A stretch of DNA of 34,409 nucleotides from Candidatus Bathyarchaeota archaeon (GTDB lineage: Archaea > Thermoproteota > Bathyarchaeia > Bathyarchaeales > Bathycorpusculaceae). Each line of letters starts with the position of its first letter. Within the stretch, counting starts at the first letter, position 1. The notes beneath the pieces are model-generated. The model made no database searches. It saw only the letters and a program-made list of their open reading frames with translations, and was not told where the DNA came from. Both the position numbers and the translations under genes were made by a program. Location: positions 1 to 34,409 of the forward strand of contig DAOUTL010000001.1 of the NCBI GenBank assembly GCA_030626685.1, given 5' to 3'. Of this stretch, positions 1 through 8,587 are shown piece after piece.

Positions 1-73
1 CTACGGGTCTCCGAAAAAGGCTATACTCCACCTGATTGAAGCTGGGTTCTCGCCGGAGCAAATAGAATGGAAA

Positions 74-1753
74 ATGGGCGTGCCATACCATCGCATACGC
101 CTGTACATGCAGGGAATAGAACCCGAAAAAGGTGTGCCTTTCTCAAAAACGGTGGATGTCTACGAACGCCTAGCAGTCGTACGCGGGAAAAAGGGGAAAG
201 AAACGGAGCTGGCGAAATTCTTCCAAAACCCAGAGCTTACACTGGAGATTAAGGCTCGATTTGCCTTAGGCGCATTCACAGATGAAAGTTTGAAAATTGG
301 ACCTGGCTTGATAGAGAGGAGCATAAGCTTAGCCACGGGCGCTTCAATAAGTGAGGTTAGGAGGCTTCTCATAGACTATGGGGAACACGGTGAAGTCGCT
401 TATTTGCTTAAGAAGCCTAAAAACTCCGAGTTAACGGTGCAAGAGGTCTACGAAGCCATCAAGTTTCTGCCGAAACTGAGGAAGATTGGGGAACGTGAAC
501 TTCATGTTTCAAGTTTGTTGCGGGTGGGCACTCCGACGGAAGCTAAATATATTGTTAGGCTTTTGCTTGGAGACTTAAAGCTTGGCTACCGCATGCGCAC
601 AGTTATCAGAGCCGCAGCCAGAGCCTACGAGGTGCCGCCTGAACTGATTGAAAACGCGTGTGCAATATTGGGCTTAACGGAAGGTATAACACTGGCTTCA
701 GAAGGCATCCTCACACTGTCAGAGGTTAAAGTGCGTCCAGGACAGTTCGTCAGACCCCAGCTGGCTCATCTGTATGAACCCGACAAGGTTGTTTATCCGG
801 CGAGAGCGGAGTACAAACTGGACGGCAGCAGACTTCAAATTCACAGGTGGGGAACGCAGGTTTGGCTTTTCTCGAGGCGAGGTATAGAAAAATCAGAAGT
901 ATTACCCGAAATTGTTGAAATCGCCCGGAAGTTTAACGCTCAAAACTGTATTGTTGACGGCGAGTTAATAGCCGTAGACGATGCGGGAAATCCGTTGCCG
1001 TTCCAGTTGTTGCTTGAAAGAACTGTGCCGAGAAAGCTTTCACCAGAGGAACTTGAAGAAAGAAGACGGAAAGTCAAGGTCACAGTCAAAGCCTTTGACG
1101 TGTTGTTTTTGAATGGACAGGAGCTGCTTAACATGCCGCTTTCTGAAAGGCGAAAATATCTCGTGGAGGTTGTTCCAGCAGAACACGTTGTTGAGGGCGT
1201 TGACTGCCGAAGTGAAGTTGAGTTGATGCGGTTTTATGAAGAAGCGCTGAAGAAAAAGTATGAAGGGATAGTTGTCAAAGGCTTGAATGCACCGTATGAG
1301 ATAGGGCGAAGAACCTACACGTGGCTTAAGCTGAAGCCGGAACGCGACACAATAGACTGCATAATGGTGAAAGCCCTGTACGGAAAAGGAAAACGTGCAG
1401 GTTTATACTCGTCTTTTCTGCTTGCGGTCCGCGACCCATCGGAAAAGAAGCTCTACACCATTGGAAAAGTTTCAAACCTGCCGGAAGAAACGATGGATAC
1501 TCTTAGAACGATAATTGAAAGAACCAAAACAAGCGAAGATGACGAAGGAGTGTTCGTAAAGCCTTCAATCGTTGTTGAGGCGACATATCAGGAAATTCAA
1601 GAAACAGATGAATACACAAGCGGTTTCGCGTTAAGAGTGCCAAAAATAGTTAGGTTCAGAACAGAAAAAACGGTCGGTGACATAGACAGCATTAAAAAGG
1701 TTCAGAAGCTGTATGAACTGCAGTACGAAAGATATCCTGTTCAAACAGTCTAA
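74..1753 (+). CDS. lig: ATP-dependent DNA ligase
   Basis: 559-aa ORF. Adenylation motif I EYKLDGSR (Lys codon 815-817), motif III FDVLFLNG, motif IV EGIVVK, motif V WLKLK. The frame stays open upstream to base 2. Confidence 0.93.
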   Translation: MGVPYHRIRLYMQGIEPEKGVPFSKTVDVYERLAVVRGKKGKETELAKFFQNPELTLEIKARFALGAFTDESLKIGPGLIERSISLATGASISEVRRLLIDYGEHGEVAYLLKKPKNSELTVQEVYEAIKFLPKLRKIGERELHVSSLLRVGTPTEAKYIVRLLLGDLKLGYRMRTVIRAAARAYEVPPELIENACAILGLTEGITLASEGILTLSEVKVRPGQFVRPQLAHLYEPDKVVYPARAEYKLDGSRLQIHRWGTQVWLFSRRGIEKSEVLPEIVEIARKFNAQNCIVDGELIAVDDAGNPLPFQLLLERTVPRKLSPEELEERRRKVKVTVKAFDVLFLNGQELLNMPLSERRKYLVEVVPAEHVVEGVDCRSEVELMRFYEEALKKKYEGIVVKGLNAPYEIGRRTYTWLKLKPERDTIDCIMVKALYGKGKRAGLYSSFLLAVRDPSEKKLYTIGKVSNLPEETMDTLRTIIERTKTSEDDEGVFVKPSIVVEATYQEIQETDEYTSGFALRVPKIVRFRTEKTVGDIDSIKKVQKLYELQYERYPVQTV

Positions 1754-1799
1754 AGGGTGAGGAGACAACTCTGTTTTTCAAACACCCTGAAAAATTGCT

Positions 1800-2273
1800 T
1801 TAGCTTTCTCCTTCCTCAAGTATTATTGGTGGACGATGGGTTGGGTCGACTCTTCGGAAGTCTGTTATTTTAAGCATGTTTTCGTCGTGGGTTGCTATGG
1901 TGTCTGCTTTCCATTTTATCATAGTTGCCAGTATTGTTGCGTCTCGACCTCCGATTCCGTACTCGTAGTATCTTTCAAACGTGTGCATGCTGAGGTGGAG
2001 TAGTTCCCTGTCGAGGGGCGCCACCATCATGTTTTTTAACGTAACAATTTTTAAAGCGTAGTCGTAGACTGGTGTCGGCGGAAGCTGCGCCTTCCTTCTT
2101 AGGTTATGAATAACTTCCATGACTATCACGGTGTTGACCAGTAGCTCTTCCCGGTCGATTACGCCTCCGCCTTTGTTTTTTCCCTGAAGCCATAGAAGCA
2201 CGTTCTCGTGTTCAGGGGCGTGGACGTCGCAGTTGTAGATCCATATCATAGAGTCTACGGCTATCATTTTCAT
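1800..2273 (-). CDS. vapC: PIN-domain ribonuclease toxin (VapC-like)
   Basis: 157 aa. PIN acidic residues in AVDS, VMEV, GGRDAT and THDEN. Lies 2 nt downstream of an AbrB-type gene. Confidence 0.85.
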   Translation of the reverse strand: MKMIAVDSMIWIYNCDVHAPEHENVLLWLQGKNKGGGVIDREELLVNTVIVMEVIHNLRRKAQLPPTPVYDYALKIVTLKNMMVAPLDRELLHLSMHTFERYYEYGIGGRDATILATMIKWKADTIATHDENMLKITDFRRVDPTHRPPIILEEGES

Positions 2274-2275
2274 CC

Positions 2276-2497
2276 TTAAAAGAGCTTCTCGAAACCTATT
2301 GGCTTACGTCTTTTCTTAGCGATCTCTTCAGCAAGTCTTCGCGAGGCCTTCTTAAACTCTTCAGCTGAAGCAACACTGCAAACTATGAGGTGATCTTCCT
2401 CAAGGATGAGCGTAACCTCCTCTCCTAAGCCAAGCTTCCTCTTGTACTCTGCGGGTATGGTCAGTCTTCCCTTCTTGTCTAACTTAACCCTCTCCAT
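2276..2497 (-). CDS. vapB: AbrB/SpoVT-type antitoxin (VapB-like)
   Basis: MERVKLDKKGRLTIPAEYKRKLGL is a SpoVT/AbrB swapped-hairpin motif. The internal Met at 2497 is preferred over the ORF-track start at 2554. Confidence 0.8.
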   Translation of the reverse strand: MERVKLDKKGRLTIPAEYKRKLGLGEEVTLILEEDHLIVCSVASAEEFKKASRRLAEEIAKKRRKPIGFEKLF

Positions 2498-2617
2498 GAA
2501 GCCCACACCGTTATTCCCACATGGTGGGAAACTATAAAAAGGTTTCGACGGCAAGCCGGTTTTAGCATACTGAAAACTTGCGCGGAATCTTTTTGAAATG
2601 TAAAGACCGAAGTCCTT

Positions 2618-3421
2618 TCAAGCAAACATTGCCGTAAAATTAATTCTCATCTCATCGATCATTTGTTCTAAAGATGGTGTTGGTTCTGAACTTAGCCTTG
2701 TGAGTCCTATTCGCAGGAATGCTTCCAGAGTCTTGATGATACCTTCGGGAAAGAATTGTTCTACATCATGGAATGTTATTTCTTTGGTCTTACACTTTTT
2801 AATGAAAAATTCTTTGGTTCTTTCAACATTAATATCACCAACCTTCAAAAGCTTCCACACATCGTAGTAATCTCTGATTCTTTTCCTTTCAAGAATCGAC
2901 CTCATCTTCTCCGCCAAGATGTTCTCAAGAGTGTATGTGAGGACGCTAAATTCTGGGTAATCGTATGCTTTGGGAGCTTTAACTTTTCTAACATCACCGA
3001 TGAAGCCTTCTTTCGAAACCTCTATCTTGATCGTGTTCTTGCCTAGCAGACCAGTGTATTGTACCCTAACCTGTAAGTAACTTGGATTTATGAAGGGTTT
3101 GTCTTTGACGTTCAGAAGCAACCCACCACTTGCCTTCTCGACGATACCAGAGAGTTCCTCTATTAATTTAATGGAAATATTTTCCAAGTTAGAACGTTCG
3201 GAGATCGTGAAATCCAAGTCTTCCGAAAGTCTCCAACCCGAAGGAAAGTAAACCTTTGATAGGGCAGTTCCGCCCTTAAAGACGAGTTTATCGGAAAGTG
3301 AACTCGAAGAGATTCCGAAGAGAATCCAGCCAATGGCATAATCTTTTTCTATTAGGTCCAGTGCTAATTTTCTCTCCCTGGATATCCTTCTCAGTTCAGG
3401 TAGCGGAATCATCTTGTCCAC
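2618..3421 (-). CDS. abiEii: AbiEii/AbiGii-family nucleotidyltransferase toxin
   Basis: 267 aa. N-terminal signature IEKDYAIGWIL...LVFKGGTALSKVYF...RLSEDLDFT is typical of DUF1814/AbiEii. Overlaps the upstream partner by 13 nt. Confidence 0.85.
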   Translation of the reverse strand: MDKMIPLPELRRISRERKLALDLIEKDYAIGWILFGISSSSLSDKLVFKGGTALSKVYFPSGWRLSEDLDFTISERSNLENISIKLIEELSGIVEKASGGLLLNVKDKPFINPSYLQVRVQYTGLLGKNTIKIEVSKEGFIGDVRKVKAPKAYDYPEFSVLTYTLENILAEKMRSILERKRIRDYYDVWKLLKVGDINVERTKEFFIKKCKTKEITFHDVEQFFPEGIIKTLEAFLRIGLTRLSSEPTPSLEQMIDEMRINFTAMFA

Positions 3422-4803
3422 TGTTCAGGATCTATTTTTATGTTCACACGTAACTTCCATCTCTCTTTAATCTTACCTCTTTTAGGAAGCTTAGGGTCTA
3501 AGCACGAGTATCCCTTTGAAATTTTAAGTCCAGTCAATAAACCATCGTATTCATGGAGTCCTAGTTTCTCTAACAGGTAGCCAAGTCTTTTTATTATCGT
3601 TCTGTTTCCCATTTTCTCCGCCATGTCCACGATTTTCTTGAAGTCCAAGTTTTCGTGTTCAAAGTAGATGGCCTTCGCAACTTCCTCTATCCCCACACAG
3701 TGTTCGGGATGGTCCAAGCAGTCAACTATTGTCTTTTCTGGAGTTGATATCTTGACAGGGATGTTCTCGATCTTGACCTCGGTGGTGCCGAACATCTTCC
3801 TCTCGGGAACTGTTACAAAGATGAATTCTACATTGAGAATTTTTTTTCTGTTCCTTGGTTTTGTTGTCGTTATGTAGACTGCAGGAGGGGTCTGCTCAGT
3901 GAGTCCGTGATAGTTCAACGCGCTCCAATGGCTTATGTAGTAAGGCCTGACCATATGCGATGCTATCATGAAGCTGTGGACAGTATAACTTCTTGCTCCC
4001 AACTCACCAGCTTCCAAGGGAGCTATCATGTACAATCCCTTCTTTATCTTTAGAATCCAGTTCTTTTTGGAGAGGTTGTACAGAAGACTTTTAGGGTTTT
4101 TATCATATTCTTTGACATCTTCAAGAGTAAAGATTCCTTTACCCCTGTAGCTGAGGTCTGATAGGATTCTCGCCTCTCTTGCAGAAAGACTTTTCCTCCC
4201 CGCTTCTTTTAATTCTACGACTCCTATCTCTTTAGGAGCAATTGGCTCAATTTTAACATCGATCCCGTATTCTTTTTTTAACTTCGGCAATTCATCCCTT
4301 ATTCTTTTTATCTCAGGTATTTTTTCAGCTACTGGCATCAATACAAATGTTTTGCTGTTCTCTGTGGTTAAGTAATAGATTGAACGTGCATATTTCGTTA
4401 ATATCGGGATAACCGTTCTATTCAAAGGCCTTTTTAGCTTGGGGTGGGGAATTTGCGTTAAATCGTCTGTACAAAGAATTCTCTTATATTCGATGTTATA
4501 GAGCCTACATGCTTCCTTTGCCTCTTCTCTCATTTCAGGTGAAAGTACCATACATCTTATCGAGGACGGATCTAACCCCTTTTCCTTGGACAATAAAAAT
4601 CTATATTTGATTACCTGGTCGAAGATGTCAAATGAAACAGGAACGCTCTTTATCTCAATGATCAAATATCTTTTGTTTCTATCCAGAAATAGCAAGTCTA
4701 TCTTAGAATCATTAATCGCTACTTCTTTTCCAATCCTCTCTAACCCTTCCTCTATTAATCCTGGATACTTTGAAAGCACCTCTTCAATAACGCTTTCTTT
4801 CAT
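3409..4803 (-). CDS. AbiEi-like antitoxin/regulator fused to an N-terminal NucS/DUF91-like PD-(D/E)xK nuclease domain
   Basis: 464 aa. The N-terminus LSKYPGLIEEGLERIGKEVAINDSKIDLLFLDRNKRYLIIEIKS...VIKY resembles the DUF91/NucS core. The C-terminal half (FTLEDVKEY...KKGLYMIAPLEAG...YYISHWSALNYHGLTEQ...VYITT) resembles AbiEi. Confidence 0.75.
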   Translation of the reverse strand: MKESVIEEVLSKYPGLIEEGLERIGKEVAINDSKIDLLFLDRNKRYLIIEIKSVPVSFDIFDQVIKYRFLLSKEKGLDPSSIRCMVLSPEMREEAKEACRLYNIEYKRILCTDDLTQIPHPKLKRPLNRTVIPILTKYARSIYYLTTENSKTFVLMPVAEKIPEIKRIRDELPKLKKEYGIDVKIEPIAPKEIGVVELKEAGRKSLSAREARILSDLSYRGKGIFTLEDVKEYDKNPKSLLYNLSKKNWILKIKKGLYMIAPLEAGELGARSYTVHSFMIASHMVRPYYISHWSALNYHGLTEQTPPAVYITTTKPRNRKKILNVEFIFVTVPERKMFGTTEVKIENIPVKISTPEKTIVDCLDHPEHCVGIEEVAKAIYFEHENLDFKKIVDMAEKMGNRTIIKRLGYLLEKLGLHEYDGLLTGLKISKGYSCLDPKLPKRGKIKERWKLRVNIKIDPEQWTR

Positions 4804-5141
4804 TCAAATCATCTCTATTCTTTTGGCAATTACCTCTCCTAATCTAATACTTCTGATAAAATAATGTAGGTTCATAAATAAATATCCTTCTACAATGTGG
4901 CTTTGGATTGAAAGAGGAACTACCGAACTAAGGGCATGGATTCTAAGGCTATTGCTGAGCTTGTGAGGTTCGGCCTCTTCCACCTTAGCCTCGCCTTTCC
5001 GAGCTTCTCTAATTTCTCCCTTACGGTCTTGTTTATGAACCCTTCGGAACAATACCCGTCTTGCGGAGTTAAACGGGCAAAAACTCAGAAAAGACATGGG
5101 ATGCGTGAAAGTGAAGGTGTGCTTAGCCGTTGGGTGAGCTG

Positions 5142-5576
5142 TTAGTTCATGTGCGTATACGTTTTAAGGTCTTCGGTGGGAATTTCTTTGGCTTTTAAGA
5201 GTTTTGAGTCCGTAGTTACTAGGGGATTGCCGGTTGCTATGGCGGCTGCTGCGTGAAATGAATCGAAGTATGTGAGGTTTCCTCCAAATTTCTTGTAAAG
5301 TTTTACGTGGTTTTCATAAATGTTGCTGTCTATTTCTATCTTGTTTAGAACGGGATTCGTGATTATGTCCGATATGAATGAAAGCCACTCTGTTAACGGG
5401 ACATCAACTTTTTGCGCTAACCAAACTGCTTCTGCCTCTAAAATTATGGGAGTAACAACGAAGATTTCCGCTTTTTCTTTTTCTGCTGAGTTGAAGAAGG
5501 CTTCGGCGTTCTGGTGGTGGGGGTCTTCTTCGAATGCGTATGCCATTAATAGTCGAAGATCGGCTATAAATTTCAT
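5142..5576 (-). CDS. vapC: PIN-domain toxin (VapC-like)
   Basis: 144 aa. Motifs FIADLRLL, ILEAEAVW, YFDSFHAAAA and LVTTDSKL. Directly follows an AbrB gene. Confidence 0.8.
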   Translation of the reverse strand: MKFIADLRLLMAYAFEEDPHHQNAEAFFNSAEKEKAEIFVVTPIILEAEAVWLAQKVDVPLTEWLSFISDIITNPVLNKIEIDSNIYENHVKLYKKFGGNLTYFDSFHAAAAIATGNPLVTTDSKLLKAKEIPTEDLKTYTHMN

Positions 5577-5578
5577 GG

Positions 5579-5827
5579 TTATCCTGACCGGACACTGGAT
5601 TCTTTCATGAAGACTTCTTCTACTTCTTCTTTATCTTTCTCTGTTTCATATTTTGGTTTGCCTAGAAATCGTTTATGGAACATTTTGAATGATTTTGGAG
5701 TGAGGATTATCTTTCCTTTCTTAACGGTCCAGAAAAGTTCCATTCCTTCCTCTACATGAATTTTTTCTCTTATGGATTTGGGGATGGTTAGCGTGTATCT
5801 CCGTTGAATGGATGTTTTTTCCGTCAT
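5579..5827 (-). CDS. vapB: AbrB/SpoVT-type antitoxin
   Basis: 82 aa. RRYTLTIPKSIREKIHVEEGMELFW. Confidence 0.8.
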   Translation of the reverse strand: MTEKTSIQRRYTLTIPKSIREKIHVEEGMELFWTVKKGKIILTPKSFKMFHKRFLGKPKYETEKDKEEVEEVFMKESSVRSG

Positions 5828-5933
5828 TTTTGATTTCCACCAAAATTTAAATAATCGTCGGAAATATAAGTGTTTTGCTGGCTAAATTTCATCAGATAGT
5901 TAGAAGAAATTAGTTAACACGTTATTAAGATGC

Positions 5934-6326
5934 TTACTTTTCAAGTTCCATGAGTTCTTCAGGTGAAATAACTCTGTCCTTTGGTAGCCATTGGAAATCT
6001 TTCTTGTTATATGTTGCGAGTTTAGCTTCACATATTATTGCGGTGGCACCTATCGTGTAATCTCTAGCTTTTTCTTTGAAATCCCATTTTCCAACAGCGG
6101 AGCAAGCTGAGATTTTTGCAATCTCCGTGTCGAAAGGAACCACATTGATTTTGTGAAGTTTCAGAAAGGCGTCTGTGTAGTTTTCAGTTCGTCCCCTCTT
6201 CAAATGATGATAAACCAGCTCCATGTAGGCGATGCACGGAATCACTTTTTCAATGTTTGCATGAGCTCTCAGCCAATTGCAGAAAGCTAAGTTGCTGAAG
6301 ATGTTGGTGTCAAGCACAATTCTCAT
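5934..6326 (-). CDS. vapC: PIN-domain toxin (VapC-like)
   Basis: 130 aa. MRIVLDTNIFSN start, then conserved Glu and Asp positions. Confidence 0.85.
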   Translation of the reverse strand: MRIVLDTNIFSNLAFCNWLRAHANIEKVIPCIAYMELVYHHLKRGRTENYTDAFLKLHKINVVPFDTEIAKISACSAVGKWDFKEKARDYTIGATAIICEAKLATYNKKDFQWLPKDRVISPEELMELEK

Positions 6327-6335
6327 TGAAACACT

Positions 6336-6569
6336 CTAACCTCTCTGCTTTTCAATTCCTTTTCCAATTCCCTCACGGGTTTCAGCTATCGTTTTTTCTA
6401 TGTCTTTGCATCCTTCGCAGAACTCTCTTGTGAAGTCTTCAACTCTGAAGAGGTGATATTTGCCGTCGGCTTCCTTGATGAAAACCACGTTGTCTCCAAC
6501 TTTTATTTTAAGATCTTCACGTACCTCTTTCGGAATAGTGACCTGATACTTCCTAGTGACAACTACCAT
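6336..6569 (-). CDS. vapB: AbrB/SpoVT-type antitoxin
   Basis: 77 aa. RKYQVTIPKEVREDLKIKVGDNVVF. A TATA-like TATTTAAA lies at 6606-6613, upstream on the minus strand. Confidence 0.85.
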   Translation of the reverse strand: MVVVTRKYQVTIPKEVREDLKIKVGDNVVFIKEADGKYHLFRVEDFTREFCEGCKDIEKTIAETREGIGKGIEKQRG

Positions 6570-6752
6570 CTTTCAGTCGCCACTACAATGAGAAAAATGT
6601 ACTACTATTTAAACAGTCCCCCTACTCGTTCATTCCATGCATAAAAGTAAAGGTACTTGAGAGTTTGGCGATGGAGCTTCGATGGTTTTGTTCCAATTTT
6701 CAGTGTTGTGTGCAAAGTTATGTGGATGGCGTGGGTTTCCCGCTCGCCTGTG

Positions 6753-7064
6753 TTAGAGGTTGTGTGCGAACGCGAGTTGTATTAGGTTGTTGTAGACGAC
6801 GGCTACGTATAGGCTCACTAAGGATAGCAGTAGGATTTCAAGCAGTCTTTTGGCTTTTTTGAAGTTGCGTTTTCTGCAGTATGCGTACGTTGGAATCCAC
6901 GTCGTTGCGAGTATTATTGGAGCTGAGATTTTTCCTTGAAGGTTTTGCGGGTTGTACAGGGGGTTTAGCTCTGTTGCTCCTTGGCTTAGTCCGTAGATGG
7001 TTGTCGCCGCGTCAGCCAGGTTCAGCATAAAAAGGGTTGCTAGGAGGCAGAGGTATTTCCTCAA
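6753..7064 (-). CDS. small multi-pass membrane protein, DUF5658-like
   Basis: 103 aa. LNLADAATTIYGLSQGATELNPL motif, hydrophobic segments. 4-nt overlap with the upstream gene. Confidence 0.6.
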   Translation of the reverse strand: MRKYLCLLATLFMLNLADAATTIYGLSQGATELNPLYNPQNLQGKISAPIILATTWIPTYAYCRKRNFKKAKRLLEILLLSLVSLYVAVVYNNLIQLAFAHNL

Positions 7065-7339
7065 CCTTCCTCACCTGTGAACTGCGGAATTTCTGGTACG
7101 GTGTAGTTGCCCAGGTCTGAAGGATCGTAGTTGTAGTTTGGATCTTGAAACTTTTTCGCCACATCCCACGCGCGGTCCAAGAAGTTCAGGGTGTCTGTCA
7201 TTATTTCCTCGAACTGTGTGTTCAGTTCTTCCGTTTGGCTTTGAGTAGTGGCCGAAAGCAGTATTCCGTTTACGCCTAGACTTATTGTTGTGGTTAGCAG
7301 CATTGCAGTTAGCAGCATCCCGACTAGAACGGTTTTCAA
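7061..7339 (-). CDS. small secreted or membrane-anchored protein
   Basis: 92 aa. TTG start 7 nt after a GGAGG Shine-Dalgarno (SD) sequence. N-terminal hydrophobic signal MKTVLVGMLLTAMLLTTTISLG. Confidence 0.55.
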   Translation of the reverse strand: MKTVLVGMLLTAMLLTTTISLGVNGILLSATTQSQTEELNTQFEEIMTDTLNFLDRAWDVAKKFQDPNYNYDPSDLGNYTVPEIPQFTGEEG

Positions 7340-7346
7340 ATTTCAT

Positions 7347-7500
7347 CCTCCTTTCTAAGCCTTCTCCTTTCTCTTCTCTTCGTTTCAGTTGAGGGCGTCC
7401 GTTCGCGGGTCCCTACAAGTCGTACCCGCCTGACGCCTTAACTGTCAATTTACAGTTGTTTTTTCTTATAAAAACTACGTTTCCAACCTGAGAATATTAC
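7347..7500 (-). promoter_or_regulatory. promoter (TTTTTATAAG) plus conserved structured 5' leader, copy 1
   Basis: Plus-strand block 7465-7500 matches 15860-15895 at 33 of 36 positions. Nested stems GGCGUC/GACGCC and GCGGGU/ACCCGC lie at 7394-7437. A GA-rich tract (35-40 nt) containing the SD follows. Confidence 0.55.
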
Positions 7501-7608
7501 AAATTGGATATATGTCCTTTGGAATAAGTAAAAATTTTATTGTTGAACACGGATTTTTCCGACATATTTATTAGTGTAAGGTGTTTTGTATTTTGTAAGG
7601 TGAATCAA

Positions 7609-7869
7609 ATGGTTGAGGCTGTCACGGTGACTTCGAAGGGTCAGGTAACTATTCCCTCCTGGTTGAGAAGGGAGTTAAAGATAGTGGAAGGTGAGAAACT
7701 GTTGGTTATCCGTGAGGGTGATGTGATCAAAATGATTCCTGTACCCAAACTGTCGAGGATGGCAGGTATAGACAGGGAGGTTTTTGAGGGTAGGAAGCCT
7801 TCAAAGGAGATTGAGGCGTTGAGGAAGGAGTGGACGAGGGAATTTGAAAAGCGAATCCGCCAAGCCTAA
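7609..7869 (+). CDS. vapB: AbrB/SpoVT-type antitoxin
   Basis: MVEAVTVTSKGQVTIPSWLRRELKIVEG. The ATG at 7609 is preferred to the track start at 7540. Confidence 0.8.
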   Translation: MVEAVTVTSKGQVTIPSWLRRELKIVEGEKLLVIREGDVIKMIPVPKLSRMAGIDREVFEGRKPSKEIEALRKEWTREFEKRIRQA

Positions 7870-8284
7870 AGTTGTTTTGGATACTAAGCCTCTGATCAAG
7901 CTTTTTGCACAAGAGGAAGGGTGGAATGCTGTTCAAAAGATCTTAGCTAAAGTGGAGGCTGAAGAGGTAGAGGCAGCGATAAGTGTGGTTACGCTTACAG
8001 AAATCTACTATAAGTATTTGCAGGAGAAGAGACCTGATTTGGCTAAAACTAGAATAGATAATCTTAGGTACGCTATATATCTTAAAAAGCTTGAGATAGG
8101 GGAACAAGTTGCTGTCAAGGCTGGGGAGTTTAAAGGTAAATATAACGTCTCGATAGCTGATGCTTTCATAGCGGCTTCTGCATATTTGGAAGGGTTAACC
8201 ATAATTAGTGACGATGCGGACTTTAAAAAAATAAGTGAAGTCAAAGCCTTAACCGAAAAGGAGTTTATTCGCGGTATTAACTGA
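7844..8284 (+). CDS. vapC: PIN-domain toxin (VapC-like)
   Basis: 146 aa. Motifs VVLDTKPLIKL, TLTEIYYKY, SIADAFIAASA and IISDDADF. Confidence 0.85.
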   Translation: MKSESAKPKVVLDTKPLIKLFAQEEGWNAVQKILAKVEAEEVEAAISVVTLTEIYYKYLQEKRPDLAKTRIDNLRYAIYLKKLEIGEQVAVKAGEFKGKYNVSIADAFIAASAYLEGLTIISDDADFKKISEVKALTEKEFIRGIN

Positions 8285-8582
8285 AGTTTGAAGTGTTGGT
8301 TGCAGGTGGTATAGGGTTGCTGTTTATGTTTTCTAGGGATTTGTATGTTTTGGTTAAGCGTAGGGTTGAAGGAGTGGAGCTGGAGGTCGAAAACCCCTTC
8401 ATCAATTTGCTTAGCTCTCTGTCGTGGTCAACAACCCGTTGCTTATAGACAGCTACGAATTCGCCGTTGAACTTTAAGATTCTCCGCTTGGAAACTTCAA
8501 AATGGCTGAAACGTTGTTGATGCGCATGAAAAGCATATTCTGAAGGCGTGTATGTTTCGAGTTTTCTGACGTGATGTTGCAA
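8277..8582 (-). CDS. hypothetical small protein, possibly DUF5678-like
   Basis: TTG start. ILKFNGEFVAVYKQRVVDHDRELSKLMK resembles the DUF5678 pattern. The low-complexity C-terminal tail makes the 3' part doubtful. Confidence 0.35.
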   Translation of the reverse strand: MQHHVRKLETYTPSEYAFHAHQQRFSHFEVSKRRILKFNGEFVAVYKQRVVDHDRELSKLMKGFSTSSSTPSTLRLTKTYKSLENINSNPIPPATNTSNFS

Positions 8583-8587
8583 AACAT

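Noticed and set aside
4804-5097. 97-aa ORF immediately upstream of the AbiEi fusion gene
   Set aside because: It has a charged low-complexity middle. It covers the likely promoter (TTATTTAT) and a partial copy of the junction motif (4906-4921). It is kept only as a very weak possibility because its stop abuts the AbiEi ATG.
7071-7346. Alternative 91-aa ORF starting at the ATG at 7346
   Set aside because: The ATG abuts the GGAGG with no spacer, and the product is Arg/Asn-rich. The TTG at 7339 has ideal 7-nt spacing and gives a signal-peptide protein.
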